From positions 65 through 64,064 of the forward strand of contig JALSIC010000026.1 in NCBI GenBank assembly GCA_026981935.1: 64,000 nt of DNA. The letters run 5' to 3'. The notes beneath the pieces were generated by a model. The model did not search any database, was not told where the DNA came from, and was given only the letters and a program-made list of their open reading frames with translations. The translations under genes and the position numbers were made by a program. Each line of letters opens with the position of its first letter. The stretch's first letter is position 1. Below, piece by piece: positions 11,303-21,217 of the stretch. This DNA is from Gammaproteobacteria bacterium (GTDB taxonomy: Bacteria; Pseudomonadota; Gammaproteobacteria; SZUA-140).

Positions 11303-12331
11303 ATGCTGAACGTTGCGGAACACCTGCCCGCGGGACTGCTGGAAGCAGAGGCCAGGCAGCTCCACGAGATCCTCCCCGGACCGACGCTGATTCATCTCCC
11401 GGGACGGCGCAGCGCGCCCCTGTTCGTGTCCATCCTCCTGCACGGCAACGAATACAGCGGACTGCTGGCGATCCAGGCACTGCTGCGTCATCACGCCGGG
11501 CGCGAGCTGCCCCGCGCCCTGTCCCTGTTCATCGGCAACGTCGCCGCGGCCCGCTATGGCCTGCGCCGCCTGGACCACCAGCCCGATTACAACCGCATCT
11601 GGGAGGGCGAGGGAACCCCCGAGCACGAGATCATGCAGCAGGTGGTCCGGAGCATGGCCCATCGCGAGGTCTTTGCCAGCGTGGACATCCACAACAATAC
11701 GGGGCAGAACCCCCGTTACGCCTGCGTCAACCGCCTCGAACACGGCTTCCTCCATCTGGCCGCCCTCTTCAGCCGGACCGTGGTCTACTTCACCCGCCCC
11801 GCCGGCGTGCAGTCGGCGGCATTCGCCCGCCTGTGCCCGGCGGTCACCCTGGAATGCGGCCGCCCGGGCGATCCCCAGGGCGTGGCGCACGCGCACAATT
11901 TCCTGGAATCCGTGCTCCGGCTCAACGCCGTTCCCCGGCATCCCGTGGCCCGCGGCGACATCGACCTGTTCCACACCGTGGCCCAGGTGAAGATTCCGCC
12001 CGGCATCAGTTTCGGCTTCGGCCGCACCGCCACCGACATCCAGTTCGAGGAAGACCTGGACCGGCTCAATTTCTGCGAGCTGCCACCGGCCACGCGCTTT
12101 GGCCGCATCAACAGCCCGCGTCCCGTGCGCCTCGAAGTCCGCGACGAGGCGGACCGGGAAGTCAACGAGTCGTTCTTCAGCTACGACAACGACGAGATCC
12201 GCACCCGCGTGCCGGTCATGCCCTCCATGCTCACGCTGGACAGCCAGGTGATCCGGCAGGACTGTCTGTGTTACCTCATGGAGCGCCTGGAACTGAACCA
12301 GGAACTGGGTCAGGAAAGGACCGGGGCCTGA
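11303..12331 (+). CDS. M14-type metallopeptidase, succinylglutamate desuccinylase/aspartoacylase family
   Basis: HGNE zinc motif, DYNR, DIHN, TLECG. Confidence 0.8.
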   Translation: MLNVAEHLPAGLLEAEARQLHEILPGPTLIHLPGRRSAPLFVSILLHGNEYSGLLAIQALLRHHAGRELPRALSLFIGNVAAARYGLRRLDHQPDYNRIWEGEGTPEHEIMQQVVRSMAHREVFASVDIHNNTGQNPRYACVNRLEHGFLHLAALFSRTVVYFTRPAGVQSAAFARLCPAVTLECGRPGDPQGVAHAHNFLESVLRLNAVPRHPVARGDIDLFHTVAQVKIPPGISFGFGRTATDIQFEEDLDRLNFCELPPATRFGRINSPRPVRLEVRDEADREVNESFFSYDNDEIRTRVPVMPSMLTLDSQVIRQDCLCYLMERLELNQELGQERTGA

Positions 12332-12440
12332 GGGTCCTGGCCGACAGCCGTTCTGTACCGGTGATTCTGTGCCGGTGATTCCGTACAGGCGCTGCCGTGA
12401 TTGTATCTTCCCGCCCGGATCCTGTATCTTTGGAAGCGTC

Positions 12441-13565
12441 ATGCCCACCGCCAAGGATCTCCTCGCCGACAACCGCTTGCTGCGGCACCAGTTGGAGGAA
12501 TTCGTGGCCCAGGCGCGCGAGAACGAGCGCAAGCTGCGCCGTTTCCAGGCCCTGGAACTGCGCCTCATCGGCATCAACGCCCTCTCCGAGCTGATGGAGA
12601 CCCTGCTCTATCCCGACTATTCCACGTTCAAGTGGGACACGGTGACGCTCATCCTGCTGGACCCGGAATACGAGATCCAGCGCATCCTGGAGTCCCAGAA
12701 CCGCAAGCTGCTGGAACACCCCACGCTGATGTTCGCCACCGAGCCCGGCAGCCTGGCGCATCTCTATCCCCGCTCCCTCTTCCCCACCCTGGGACCCTAC
12801 CGGCCGCGCCAGCATGCCGCCCTGTTTCCCGGCCGGCGCCGCCCCGCCAGTGTCGCCCTGCTGCCCCTGGTGCGCCACGGCCGCCTCATCGGCAGCCTCA
12901 ACCTGGGCAGCCACGCCGCCCACCGCTTCGTGCGCGGGGTGCGCACGGACTTTTTCGAACACCTGGGAGCGGTTGTGGCCATCTGCCTGGAGAATGCCGT
13001 CAACCACGAGCGCCTCAAGCGCCAGGGTCTCACCGACACGCTCACGGCCGTCAACAACCGCCGCTTCTTCGACCAGCGCCTGGCCGAGGAGGTGGCCGCG
13101 GCGAAACGCGATGCGCACCCCCTGACCTGCCTGCTCCTGGACGTGGACCACTTCAAGCAGGTCAACGACCGTTACGGCCATCAGGTGGGGGACCGGGTGC
13201 TCATGGAGGTGGCCACGCTGATCCGGAGCCAGTTGCGGGGCAACGATGTCCTGGCCCGTTATGGCGGCGAGGAATTCGCCGCCCTGCTGGCCCAGACCGA
13301 CAGCGCCGCCGCCACGGAAGTGGCCGAGCGCATTCGCAGCGCCATCGCGGCGCGCCATTTCGAACTGGCGGACGGCGAACGCTTCCAGGTCACCATATCC
13401 ATCGGCCTCGCCACCTTTGATCCCACGGCCGGATCCGACTTCGATGGCAACCAGCTCGTGTGCCAGGCCGACAAGGGACTTTATGCGGCCAAGAAAGGCG
13501 GGCGTAACCGGGTGGTCAACCAGGGTGTGCTGCAGGCGGCGAAGCCGCTGCCTGCGCCTGGATGA
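12441..13565 (+). CDS. DUF484/GAF-like sensor fused to a diguanylate cyclase
   Basis: D.LT...NRR, LDVDHFKQVNDRYGH..GD, RYGGEEF active site; N-terminal coiled coil + GAF-like region. Confidence 0.9.
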   Translation: MPTAKDLLADNRLLRHQLEEFVAQARENERKLRRFQALELRLIGINALSELMETLLYPDYSTFKWDTVTLILLDPEYEIQRILESQNRKLLEHPTLMFATEPGSLAHLYPRSLFPTLGPYRPRQHAALFPGRRRPASVALLPLVRHGRLIGSLNLGSHAAHRFVRGVRTDFFEHLGAVVAICLENAVNHERLKRQGLTDTLTAVNNRRFFDQRLAEEVAAAKRDAHPLTCLLLDVDHFKQVNDRYGHQVGDRVLMEVATLIRSQLRGNDVLARYGGEEFAALLAQTDSAAATEVAERIRSAIAARHFELADGERFQVTISIGLATFDPTAGSDFDGNQLVCQADKGLYAAKKGGRNRVVNQGVLQAAKPLPAPG

Positions 13566-13577
13566 GCGACTTCCCTC

Positions 13578-14819
13578 TCATTCCGCGTCCAACGAGGCGC
13601 GTTTCAGTACCCGACCGATGGTGAGTCCCTGAACGAGTATGGAAAAGACCACGATCACATAGGTCACCACGAGAATCACGTCCCGCTCGGGACCGTCGGG
13701 CAGGGACAGGGCCAGGGCCACGGAGATGCCGCCGCGCAAGCCCCCCCAGGTCATTACCTTCACCACATGGGGGCTGAAGCGGCGCCGGTGGCGCAGCAGG
13801 GCCACGGGCACGGCGACGCTGACGAGGCGGGCAAACAGAACGATGGGGATGAGCAACACGCCCGCCACCAGGTACTGGCCGGAGAAGGTCAGCACCAGGA
13901 TCTCCAGCCCCATGAGGACGAACAACACGGCATTGAGGATCTCGTCCGCCAGCTTCCAGAAAGTGTCCAGGTGTTCGCGGCTGTGCGCCGACATGGCCAG
14001 CAGGCGACCATGGTTGCCGATGAGCAGTCCCGCCACCACCACCGCGATGGGGGCGGAGAGATGAAGGGCCTCCGCCAGGGCATAGCCGCCGGTGACCACC
14101 GCCAGGGAAATCAGGATTTCGACGGAATAGTTGTCCACGCTCTTCAGGAGATAATAGGCCAGTCCGCCCAGCAGCAGGCCGAAGAGGATCCCGCCGCCCG
14201 CCTCCAGCAGCAACAGCTCGGCCACGGAGACCACGCCGGCCTCGCGGCCCTCCACGGCGATGCCGAAGATCACCAGGAAGACCACCACGCCGATGCCGTC
14301 GTTGAAGAGAGACTCCCCGGTGATCTTGGTCTCCAGGCTCTTGGGCGCATTGGCCGTCTTGAGGATGCCCAGCACCGCAATGGGGTCCGTCGGCGAGATG
14401 AGGGCGCCGAAGAGCAGGCAATAGATCAGGGGCAACTCGATACCGATGCGCCCCAACAACCACCAGCTCAGAAAACCAATGATGAAAGTGGACAACACCA
14501 CGCCCAGGGTCGCCAGCAGGCCGATCACCCACTTCTGCCTTGCCAGGTCTTCGAGATTGACATGCAGCGCCCCGGCGAAGAGGAGGAAACTGAGCATGCC
14601 GTGCATGAGGGTCTGGTTGAAATCCACCTGGCCCAGCAGGACCTCCGCCCTTTCCGCCATGCCCAGCCCCAGCAGGTCCAGGACAATCAGGCCCAGGGAG
14701 AGGAGCAGGGCGATGAGCATGAGCGCGATGGTCGCGGGCAGGCGGATGAAACGCTCGTTCAGATAACTGAACAGGGCGGCCAGGGAGATGAGCACGGCGA
14801 TGATTTCAAACAGACCCAC
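13578..14819 (-). CDS. nhaP: Na+/H+ antiporter, CPA1/NhaP family
   Basis: About 12 TM helices; TDPIAV, GESLFNDG, WGGLRG; start set at GTG 14819. Confidence 0.9.
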   Translation of the reverse strand: MGLFEIIAVLISLAALFSYLNERFIRLPATIALMLIALLLSLGLIVLDLLGLGMAERAEVLLGQVDFNQTLMHGMLSFLLFAGALHVNLEDLARQKWVIGLLATLGVVLSTFIIGFLSWWLLGRIGIELPLIYCLLFGALISPTDPIAVLGILKTANAPKSLETKITGESLFNDGIGVVVFLVIFGIAVEGREAGVVSVAELLLLEAGGGILFGLLLGGLAYYLLKSVDNYSVEILISLAVVTGGYALAEALHLSAPIAVVVAGLLIGNHGRLLAMSAHSREHLDTFWKLADEILNAVLFVLMGLEILVLTFSGQYLVAGVLLIPIVLFARLVSVAVPVALLRHRRRFSPHVVKVMTWGGLRGGISVALALSLPDGPERDVILVVTYVIVVFSILVQGLTIGRVLKRASLDAE

Positions 14820-14863
14820 AGCTACGCCTCGCCTGAAACACGCACGATGCCTGCGGCCCCGAC

Positions 14864-16087
14864 TCAGCAACCGAAGAGGGGGCCGCGCGCCAGGGCGGGC
14901 AGATCCTCCCGCAGACCCATGGCGTGGCGCATGAGCCGGTTCTTCACGGGGACGGCGCGGTCCGCCAGGCGCAAACCCAGGTTGCGGGCAAGGCGCAGGG
15001 GGGGCCAGTCGTTTCCGAACAGGCGCTTGAAGCCGTCCATGACCCCCATGGTGAGGAGGTTGTCTCCCTTGCGCCAGCGTTCGTAACGCCGCAGGGTGGT
15101 GGGCGCGGCAAAGTCGCGACCGGCGGCGACGGCCTCGCCGATGACCTGGGCCAGGGCCGCGGCATCCAGCAGTCCCAGGTTGACACCCTGCCCCGCCAGG
15201 GGATGAATCATGTGCGCCGCATCACCCACCAGGGCCAGCCGATGGTCCACGTAGCGCAGGGCGTGCTGAAGGCGCAGGGGAAAGGCGGCGCGGGGGCCCG
15301 CGGCCAGGATCCGGCCCAGGCGCAGGTCAAAGGCCTCACCCAGGGTTTTGCAGAACGCCGCCTCGTCCATGGCCAGCAGTGCCTCGGCGCGCTGCGGCGT
15401 GGTAGACCAGACGATGGAACTGCGGCCGTCCCGCAGGGGCAGGAAGGCCAGCGGGCCCGTGGGGAGGAAACGCTGCCACGCAGTCTGCTCGTGGGACAGC
15501 CGGGTCTCCACCACCGCCACCACGGCGCGCTGCTCGTAGCTCCAGCCCCGGGTGGCGATGCCCGCGAGCGTCCGCACCCTTGACGCGCCGCCGTCTGCCC
15601 CCACCAGCAGGCGGGTGCGCAATTCGCTGCCGTCCTCCAGCTGCAGGCGCAGACCCTCTTCGTGACGCTGCCATGAGGCAAGGACCGCGGGCGAGATCAA
15701 TTCCACCGCCTCGCAGGTGTCGAGCTGGTCCAGCAGGGCCGCCTGGATCACGCGGTTCTCGATGATGTGTCCCAGGCGCGGCTGCCCCAGGTCGGCACTG
15801 TCGAAGTGGATGCTGCCACTGCCGCCGGCATCCCACACCTGCATTTCCAGAAAGGGACTGATGCCCCGCGCCGCCATGGCCGGCCATGCCCCCAGGGCGC
15901 GGAAGATACGCTCGGAGGCGACACTGATGGCGGAGACCCGCAGGTCAACGCTGTCCTGCGGCCAGTCACGGGCAGGACGCCGTGCCTCGACCACGGCGAT
16001 GCGCAGGCCGCTGTCGCGCAGGGCACAGGCCAGCGTGGCCCCCACCATGCCGCCACCGGCGATGACGATGTCGAAACGCTGGGCCAT
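14864..16087 (-). CDS. ubiI: FAD-dependent ubiquinone biosynthesis hydroxylase (UbiI/VisC-like)
   Basis: GGGMVG, RVSA, GADG..S.VR, GDAAHMIHPLAGQGVNLG; follows ubiH. Confidence 0.8.
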   Translation of the reverse strand: MAQRFDIVIAGGGMVGATLACALRDSGLRIAVVEARRPARDWPQDSVDLRVSAISVASERIFRALGAWPAMAARGISPFLEMQVWDAGGSGSIHFDSADLGQPRLGHIIENRVIQAALLDQLDTCEAVELISPAVLASWQRHEEGLRLQLEDGSELRTRLLVGADGGASRVRTLAGIATRGWSYEQRAVVAVVETRLSHEQTAWQRFLPTGPLAFLPLRDGRSSIVWSTTPQRAEALLAMDEAAFCKTLGEAFDLRLGRILAAGPRAAFPLRLQHALRYVDHRLALVGDAAHMIHPLAGQGVNLGLLDAAALAQVIGEAVAAGRDFAAPTTLRRYERWRKGDNLLTMGVMDGFKRLFGNDWPPLRLARNLGLRLADRAVPVKNRLMRHAMGLREDLPALARGPLFGC

Positions 16088-16089
16088 GG

Positions 16090-17331
16090 TCAATCCACCC
16101 CCTCGCGCAGGCGCAGGCCCCGCGCCAGCCGGGGCAGGCGTCCCGCCAGGCCCATGAACTGGCGCGCCAGCAGTCGTTTGGCCGGCGGCAGGCACTGCAA
16201 GGCAGTGAGCCCCAGATTGCGCATCATCACCAGCGGTGGCGATTCATTGGAGAAGAGCCGTACCAGCCCATCGGTCAGGGCGATCACCCGCTGCTGGTCG
16301 CGGTGACGCCACTGGTGGTAGCGCGCCAGGACATCCCGCCCCCCCGGGTCCTCGCCCCGGCGCCGTGCCGTCCACAACACCTCGGCGAGAGCCGCCACGT
16401 CCCGCAGTCCCAGGTTGAATCCCTGTCCGGCGATGGGATGCAGGGTATGGGCGGCGTTGCCGATGAGGGCCAGGCGCGGGGGCGGACGGCCGGTGGCGCG
16501 GACCAGGGTGAGCGGATAGACCTGGCGCCGCCCCACCCTGCGCAGGACACCCAGGCGCCGGCCGAAGCGCGCCTGGAGGCGGGACAGAAACGCCTCGTCG
16601 TCCAGCGCCATGAGCGCCGCTTCGTCTCCCCGCCGCACCGTCCACACCAGGGAACAGCGGTTGCCGCTCATGGGCAGCATGGCCAGGGGGCCGCTGTCGG
16701 TGAAGCGTTCATAGGCGACATGGGCGTGGCCGCGACCCGGCGTCACGTTGGCGATGAGGGCATTCTGGCCGTAATCCCATTCCCGCACCGCCACGCCCGC
16801 AAGGCGACGCACCAGGGACCGCCCGCCATCGGCACCCACCACCAGGCGGGCACGCAGGGTGTGCCGGGCGCCCGCCATCTCCACCTCCGCACAGGCCGTG
16901 CGGTCCCCGACGTCCAGGCTTTCCAGCCTGGCCGGGCACAGCAGCGCCACGTCATCGAGGGAAGCCAGGCGCGCCGCGAAGAGCCTCCCGAGCGCCCGGT
17001 TCTCCACCACGTAACCCAGGGCCTCCAGGCCATAGTCGGCCGCCCGCAGGCGGGTGATGCCGAAGTGTCCCCGGTCCGAGACATGGATGGTGCGGATGGG
17101 TGTCACGGCATCCCGCAGTCCCTCCCACAGCCCCATGCCGGAAAAGATGCAGCGGGTGCCGTAGGCCAGGGCGATACTGCGGTCATCGTAACTGGGCTGA
17201 TCATCGGCGCGCAGGGGCACGGCTTCGACGACGGCGATGCGCAGGCCGCTGCCCGCCAGGGCGCAGGCCAGGCTCGCGCCCACCATGCCGCCCCCGATGA
17301 TCAGCAGATCATAGTCGCCGGTTTCGTTCAT
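16090..17331 (-). CDS. ubiH: 2-octaprenyl-6-methoxyphenol hydroxylase
   Basis: SYDDRSIAL, IHVSDRGHFG, GNAAHTLHPIAGQGFNLG; synteny pepP-ubiH. Confidence 0.92.
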   Translation of the reverse strand: MNETGDYDLLIIGGGMVGASLACALAGSGLRIAVVEAVPLRADDQPSYDDRSIALAYGTRCIFSGMGLWEGLRDAVTPIRTIHVSDRGHFGITRLRAADYGLEALGYVVENRALGRLFAARLASLDDVALLCPARLESLDVGDRTACAEVEMAGARHTLRARLVVGADGGRSLVRRLAGVAVREWDYGQNALIANVTPGRGHAHVAYERFTDSGPLAMLPMSGNRCSLVWTVRRGDEAALMALDDEAFLSRLQARFGRRLGVLRRVGRRQVYPLTLVRATGRPPPRLALIGNAAHTLHPIAGQGFNLGLRDVAALAEVLWTARRRGEDPGGRDVLARYHQWRHRDQQRVIALTDGLVRLFSNESPPLVMMRNLGLTALQCLPPAKRLLARQFMGLAGRLPRLARGLRLREGVD

Positions 17332-17506
17332 GCCTGTATGACAGACCGGGAATCATCCCCCGTCGTCGCGGGTAAAGTGATGTGCAATGCAGGATGCGTC
17401 ATGGGTGCGCCGCAAGACCAATATGCCGGGCTGATGCGCAATACCATACCACACCAGGGAGATCACCCTCATCGCCCTCACCCCAGTCCTCCCCGGCCTG
17501 CCCTGC

Positions 17507-18817
17507 TCACTCGCATGCCGTTCCCACCAGCGCCTCGATCTCGGCCACCGTCTTGGGCACATCCTTGCTGAGAATGTCGCAACCGTCACGGGTGACCAGT
17601 ACGTCGTCCTCGATGCGCACCCCGATGTTCCACCATTTCTTTGCCACGCCCCGGCTGCCGGCGGGAATATAGAGGCCGGGCTCCACGGTGAGCACCATGC
17701 CCGGTTCCAGCAGGCGCCAGGCATCCCCCACCTTGTAGTCTCCCACATCATGCACGTCCATGCCCAGCCAGTGACCCGTCCGGTGCATGAAGAACCGTTT
17801 ACAGGCCTCTTTCTTGAGCAGATGCCTCAGGTCTCCCCGCAACAGGCCCAGGTCGCGCAGGCCGCGGGTCAGGACGCGGACCGCGGCCTGATGCGGATCC
17901 AGCCAGTGATTGCCGGGGCGCACCCTGGCGATGGCGGCCTCCTGGGCCGCCAGCACCAGTTCATAGATGGCCCGCTGGGGCGCGGTGAAGCGTCCATTGA
18001 CGGGAAAGGTACGGGTGATGTCGGCGGCATAGTGCCGGTATTCGGCGCCGGCATCGATGAGCACCAGGTCACCGTCGCGCAATTCCGCATCGTTCGCGGT
18101 GTAATGCAGCACACAGGCATTGCCGCCGCCGCCCACGATGGGCGGATAGGCGGGACTGCGGCAACCATGGCGCATGAAGGTGGCGAGCAGTTCCGCCTCC
18201 AGATGGTATTCGTACAGGCCGGGACGACAGCATTGCATGGCACGGCGATGAGCCGCCGCGCTGATGCGGGCGGCACGGCGCATGTGAGAGATCTCGCGCC
18301 GGCTCTTGAACAGGCGCATCTCGTGCAGCAGATGGTCCAGGGCGACGATCTCCCCCGGCGCATGGACCCCGGCCCGTGACTTGGCCCGGATCTGCTGCAG
18401 CCATTCGGGGATGCGCTGATCGTATTCCGGGCAGCTTCCCATGGTGTAGAACACCTTTTCCCGGTTCTCCATGAGTCCCGGCAGGATGTCGTCGATATCG
18501 CCGATGGGAAAGGCATCGTCGGCACCATAGTGCGCGCGCGCGCCTTCCTGCCCCGCGCGCGGGCCGGTCCAGACCTCCAGCCCGGGATCGCGTTCCCGGC
18601 AGAACAGGATGTATTCGCCCTGGCTGCGCCCCGGCAGCAGCACCGCCACCGCTTCGGGCTCGGGGAAACCGGTGAGATAGTAGAAATCGCTGTCGGGACG
18701 ATAGGGATATTCCACGTCGCGGTTGCGCAGGCGCACAGGCGCGGTGGGCAGGATGGCAATGGTGCCCCGGCCCATCATGTGCATCAGGCGTCGGCGACGC
18801 GCGGCAAACTCCTTCAC
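17507..18817 (-). CDS. pepP: Xaa-Pro aminopeptidase
   Basis: DSDFYYLTG, DAGAE..ADITRT, GHWLGMDVHD, TVEPG, RIEDD. Confidence 0.95.
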   Translation of the reverse strand: MKEFAARRRRLMHMMGRGTIAILPTAPVRLRNRDVEYPYRPDSDFYYLTGFPEPEAVAVLLPGRSQGEYILFCRERDPGLEVWTGPRAGQEGARAHYGADDAFPIGDIDDILPGLMENREKVFYTMGSCPEYDQRIPEWLQQIRAKSRAGVHAPGEIVALDHLLHEMRLFKSRREISHMRRAARISAAAHRRAMQCCRPGLYEYHLEAELLATFMRHGCRSPAYPPIVGGGGNACVLHYTANDAELRDGDLVLIDAGAEYRHYAADITRTFPVNGRFTAPQRAIYELVLAAQEAAIARVRPGNHWLDPHQAAVRVLTRGLRDLGLLRGDLRHLLKKEACKRFFMHRTGHWLGMDVHDVGDYKVGDAWRLLEPGMVLTVEPGLYIPAGSRGVAKKWWNIGVRIEDDVLVTRDGCDILSKDVPKTVAEIEALVGTACE

Positions 18818-18833
18818 GTGGGCCGGACCTCGC

Positions 18834-19490
18834 TCAGTGCAGCACCCGGTCGCCGCTGATCATCTGCTCCCTGCGTTTCGCCTGGAGTTCCTCGTAGACC
18901 AGCATGGCCCCGACCCGCACATATTCCATGACCTCCATGAAAGAAACCTCGTCCAGTTCGCTGTCTTCGTTCTCCTCATGACAGGCACGGGTGATTTCGG
19001 TAAAGTCCTTGACGATTTCCTGCACGGCAGCGGGCGTCTGCCGATAGTTTTCCACCCCGCCCACGCCGAGCCCGAACAGGAAACCCTTACACCAGTCCGC
19101 CAGCGCCTCCGTCCGCAGGCCGAGAGGCTGTTCATCATCGGGCAGCAGCAGGCGCAGGCCGAATGCCGGATTTTCCAGCTGGTCCACGGTCTCGCGGTAG
19201 AGGCGCTGCAGCACTTCTTCGTCCGGCTTGGCGGCCGGCTTTTCGTCTTCCCCGGCCGCCGCTGCTGCGGCCGGCACCCTGTTGCCGCCCGCCTCCTCGT
19301 CCTTCCCATCATCCCCGTTTTCCTTCGCGGACGGGGCGGGCAGATCCTCGTTGCGCATCAGGCGCAGCCACACATCGAGACTGACGCCACCGCTTGCGCA
19401 CCACAAGCCGCACAACAGTCCGTGAGACTCCGAAATCTCCTGGGCGATACCCAGTCTCTTGAAGGCCGCGTTGACCTCGGCAAATTCCAT
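18834..19490 (-). CDS. UPF0149 family protein (YgfB-like) with a low-complexity insertion
   Basis: ESHGLLCG, LLLPDD, LADWCKGFLFG, EVMEYVRV; upstream of pepP. Confidence 0.9.
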   Translation of the reverse strand: MEFAEVNAAFKRLGIAQEISESHGLLCGLWCASGGVSLDVWLRLMRNEDLPAPSAKENGDDGKDEEAGGNRVPAAAAAAGEDEKPAAKPDEEVLQRLYRETVDQLENPAFGLRLLLPDDEQPLGLRTEALADWCKGFLFGLGVGGVENYRQTPAAVQEIVKDFTEITRACHEENEDSELDEVSFMEVMEYVRVGAMLVYEELQAKRREQMISGDRVLH

Positions 19491-19775
19491 AGCAGTCCGC
19501 TTAGGGAACCTCTGATGAATTCGTGAACCGGTGTCTGGTGTCTGAAATGCTCCGCCTCGGCGTTGCAAAGCTTGACCAGGGCGCTGCCATGGCCTGCGCC
19601 TTGCGCCTTGATCCGGGACATTTCATTTCACCATCCATCCGGCCCAGAATTATTAACCCGGCAGAGGACCCCGCCACTTTCACCAATGCAATACAATCAA
19701 TAACATACCCTCTCGGCAGAACAAACACAAACGCCTTCGGCAGCCAGCCCCTCACGAATTCCCCTTACGAATTCA

Positions 19776-19804
19776 TTGACCCGCAAAAGCAGCCCCTCTA
19801 TAGT
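19776..19804 (+). promoter_or_regulatory. Sigma70 promoter of the TIGR02449-zapA-ssrS operon
   Basis: TTGACC-N17-TATAGT, ending 7 nt before ATG 19812. Confidence 0.7.
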
Positions 19805-19811
19805 GACATGC

Positions 19812-20036
19812 ATGGAAAGCCATACCGAATCGCAACCGGACATCGAACGCCTCGTCGCCGCCATCGACGAGCTCATCGCCCTGTGTGAAAAGCTCCAGGA
19901 GGAGAACGAACGCCTGCGGGCGTTGAACACCCGGCTGCAGGCCGAGCGGCACAAGCTGCTGCAGAAGAACCAGATGTCCCAGGACAAGATCGCGGGCATG
20001 ATCACGCGCCTCAAGGCCCTGGAGGTGGAACTGTGA
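19812..20036 (+). CDS. TIGR02449 family coiled-coil protein (ZapB-like)
   Basis: LCEKLQEENERLR...MITRLKALE; overlaps zapA start. Confidence 0.85.
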   Translation: MESHTESQPDIERLVAAIDELIALCEKLQEENERLRALNTRLQAERHKLLQKNQMSQDKIAGMITRLKALEVEL

Positions 20037-20347
20037 AGACCACCCCCCAGCCCATGACCATCCAGATCCTGGACAAGGAATACCGTGTCGCCTGCAGTGA
20101 GGACGAACAGGATGCGCTGCTGGCCTCTGCCCGCTATCTCAACCAGAAAATGAAAGAAGTGCGCGATACCGGGCGGGTCATCGGCATGGACCGTATTGCC
20201 ATCATGGCAGCCCTGAACATTGCCCATGAGCTGCTGGAATGCCAGCGGCAGGTCAGGCACTATGAACAAAGGATGACCCCGCAGCTGCAGGCCGTGCAGG
20301 AACGGGTCCAGGCCATCCTGGACAAAAGCCGGCAGCTGGAACTGTAA
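20033..20347 (+). CDS. zapA: Cell division protein ZapA
   Basis: ILDKEYRVAC, IAIMAALNIAHE. Confidence 0.95.
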   Translation: MKTTPQPMTIQILDKEYRVACSEDEQDALLASARYLNQKMKEVRDTGRVIGMDRIAIMAALNIAHELLECQRQVRHYEQRMTPQLQAVQERVQAILDKSRQLEL

Positions 20348-20362
20348 GGCATTCGGGTTATG

Positions 20363-20553
20363 GGGCATCCCCTGCGGCGCCCGTTAGTGAACCGGAAAAA
20401 ACTCTTGAGCCTAATTGACTGCCCGGGGGACAGAGAGCTGATATTTTTGTGCAAGTTCGCCTGTGAGCGAAAAGCCTGCGATATCACCGTTGTCCCCACC
20501 TGAACCGCTGGTTCAAGGGCGAAAGTTCACGACGGCGACTGCGGAGGGTGCCC
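20363..20553 (+). ncRNA. ssrS: 6S RNA
   Basis: About 190 nt between zapA and ygfA; ends pair (GGGCATCC..GGGTGCCC); CTTGAGCC..CCTGAACC..GGTTCAAG conserved-looking segments. Confidence 0.9.
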
Positions 20554-20593
20554 TTCCTCTATCGTCCCTCCATCGACTGCGATCCATGCCCTC

Positions 20594-21217
20594 ATGACCG
20601 GCACAAGACCCGGTACAAAATCAGGCATAAACCCCACCGCCATCCGCCGCCGCATGAGGGCACGGCGGCGCGGACTCTCTCGCCAGGAACGCCGTGCTGC
20701 CGCCCTGAACGTGGCCCGGCTGCTGGCGGGTTCTTCATTGTTACGCAACAGCCGGCGCATTGCCTGCTACTTTCCCTGCAATGGCGAGGTCGACCTCACT
20801 GCCGTCATGCTGCGCATCTGGGCCATGGGCAAACGCTGTTATCTGCCGGTGCTCAACGGCATCGGCAACAAGCGTCTGTGGTTCGCCACCTACCGCCCGG
20901 GCGACCCCCTCTGCCACAACCGTTTCGGCATTCCGGAACCCCGCCGCCCCCGCCACTGGCTGGCCAGGCCCTGGGAGCTGGACCTGGTACTCGCGCCGGT
21001 GGTAGCCTTCGATCCGCAGGGCAACCGCCTGGGCATGGGCGGCGGCTATTACGACCGCACGCTGGCCCACCTGCTGTGGCGATGCCACTGGCGCAAGCCC
21101 CGCTTCTATGGCGTGGCCTATGAGTTCCAGCGCGTAGGCAGTCTGCCATGCCGGTCCTGGGACGTCCCCATGGAAGGCCTCGTCACGGAACAACGTCTCT
21201 ACCACTTCTCATCATGA
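20594..21217 (+). CDS. ygfA: 5-formyltetrahydrofolate cyclo-ligase
   Basis: GEVD, NRFGIPEP, PVVAFD..GNRLGMGGGYYDR, WDVP. Confidence 0.95.
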   Translation: MTGTRPGTKSGINPTAIRRRMRARRRGLSRQERRAAALNVARLLAGSSLLRNSRRIACYFPCNGEVDLTAVMLRIWAMGKRCYLPVLNGIGNKRLWFATYRPGDPLCHNRFGIPEPRRPRHWLARPWELDLVLAPVVAFDPQGNRLGMGGGYYDRTLAHLLWRCHWRKPRFYGVAYEFQRVGSLPCRSWDVPMEGLVTEQRLYHFSS

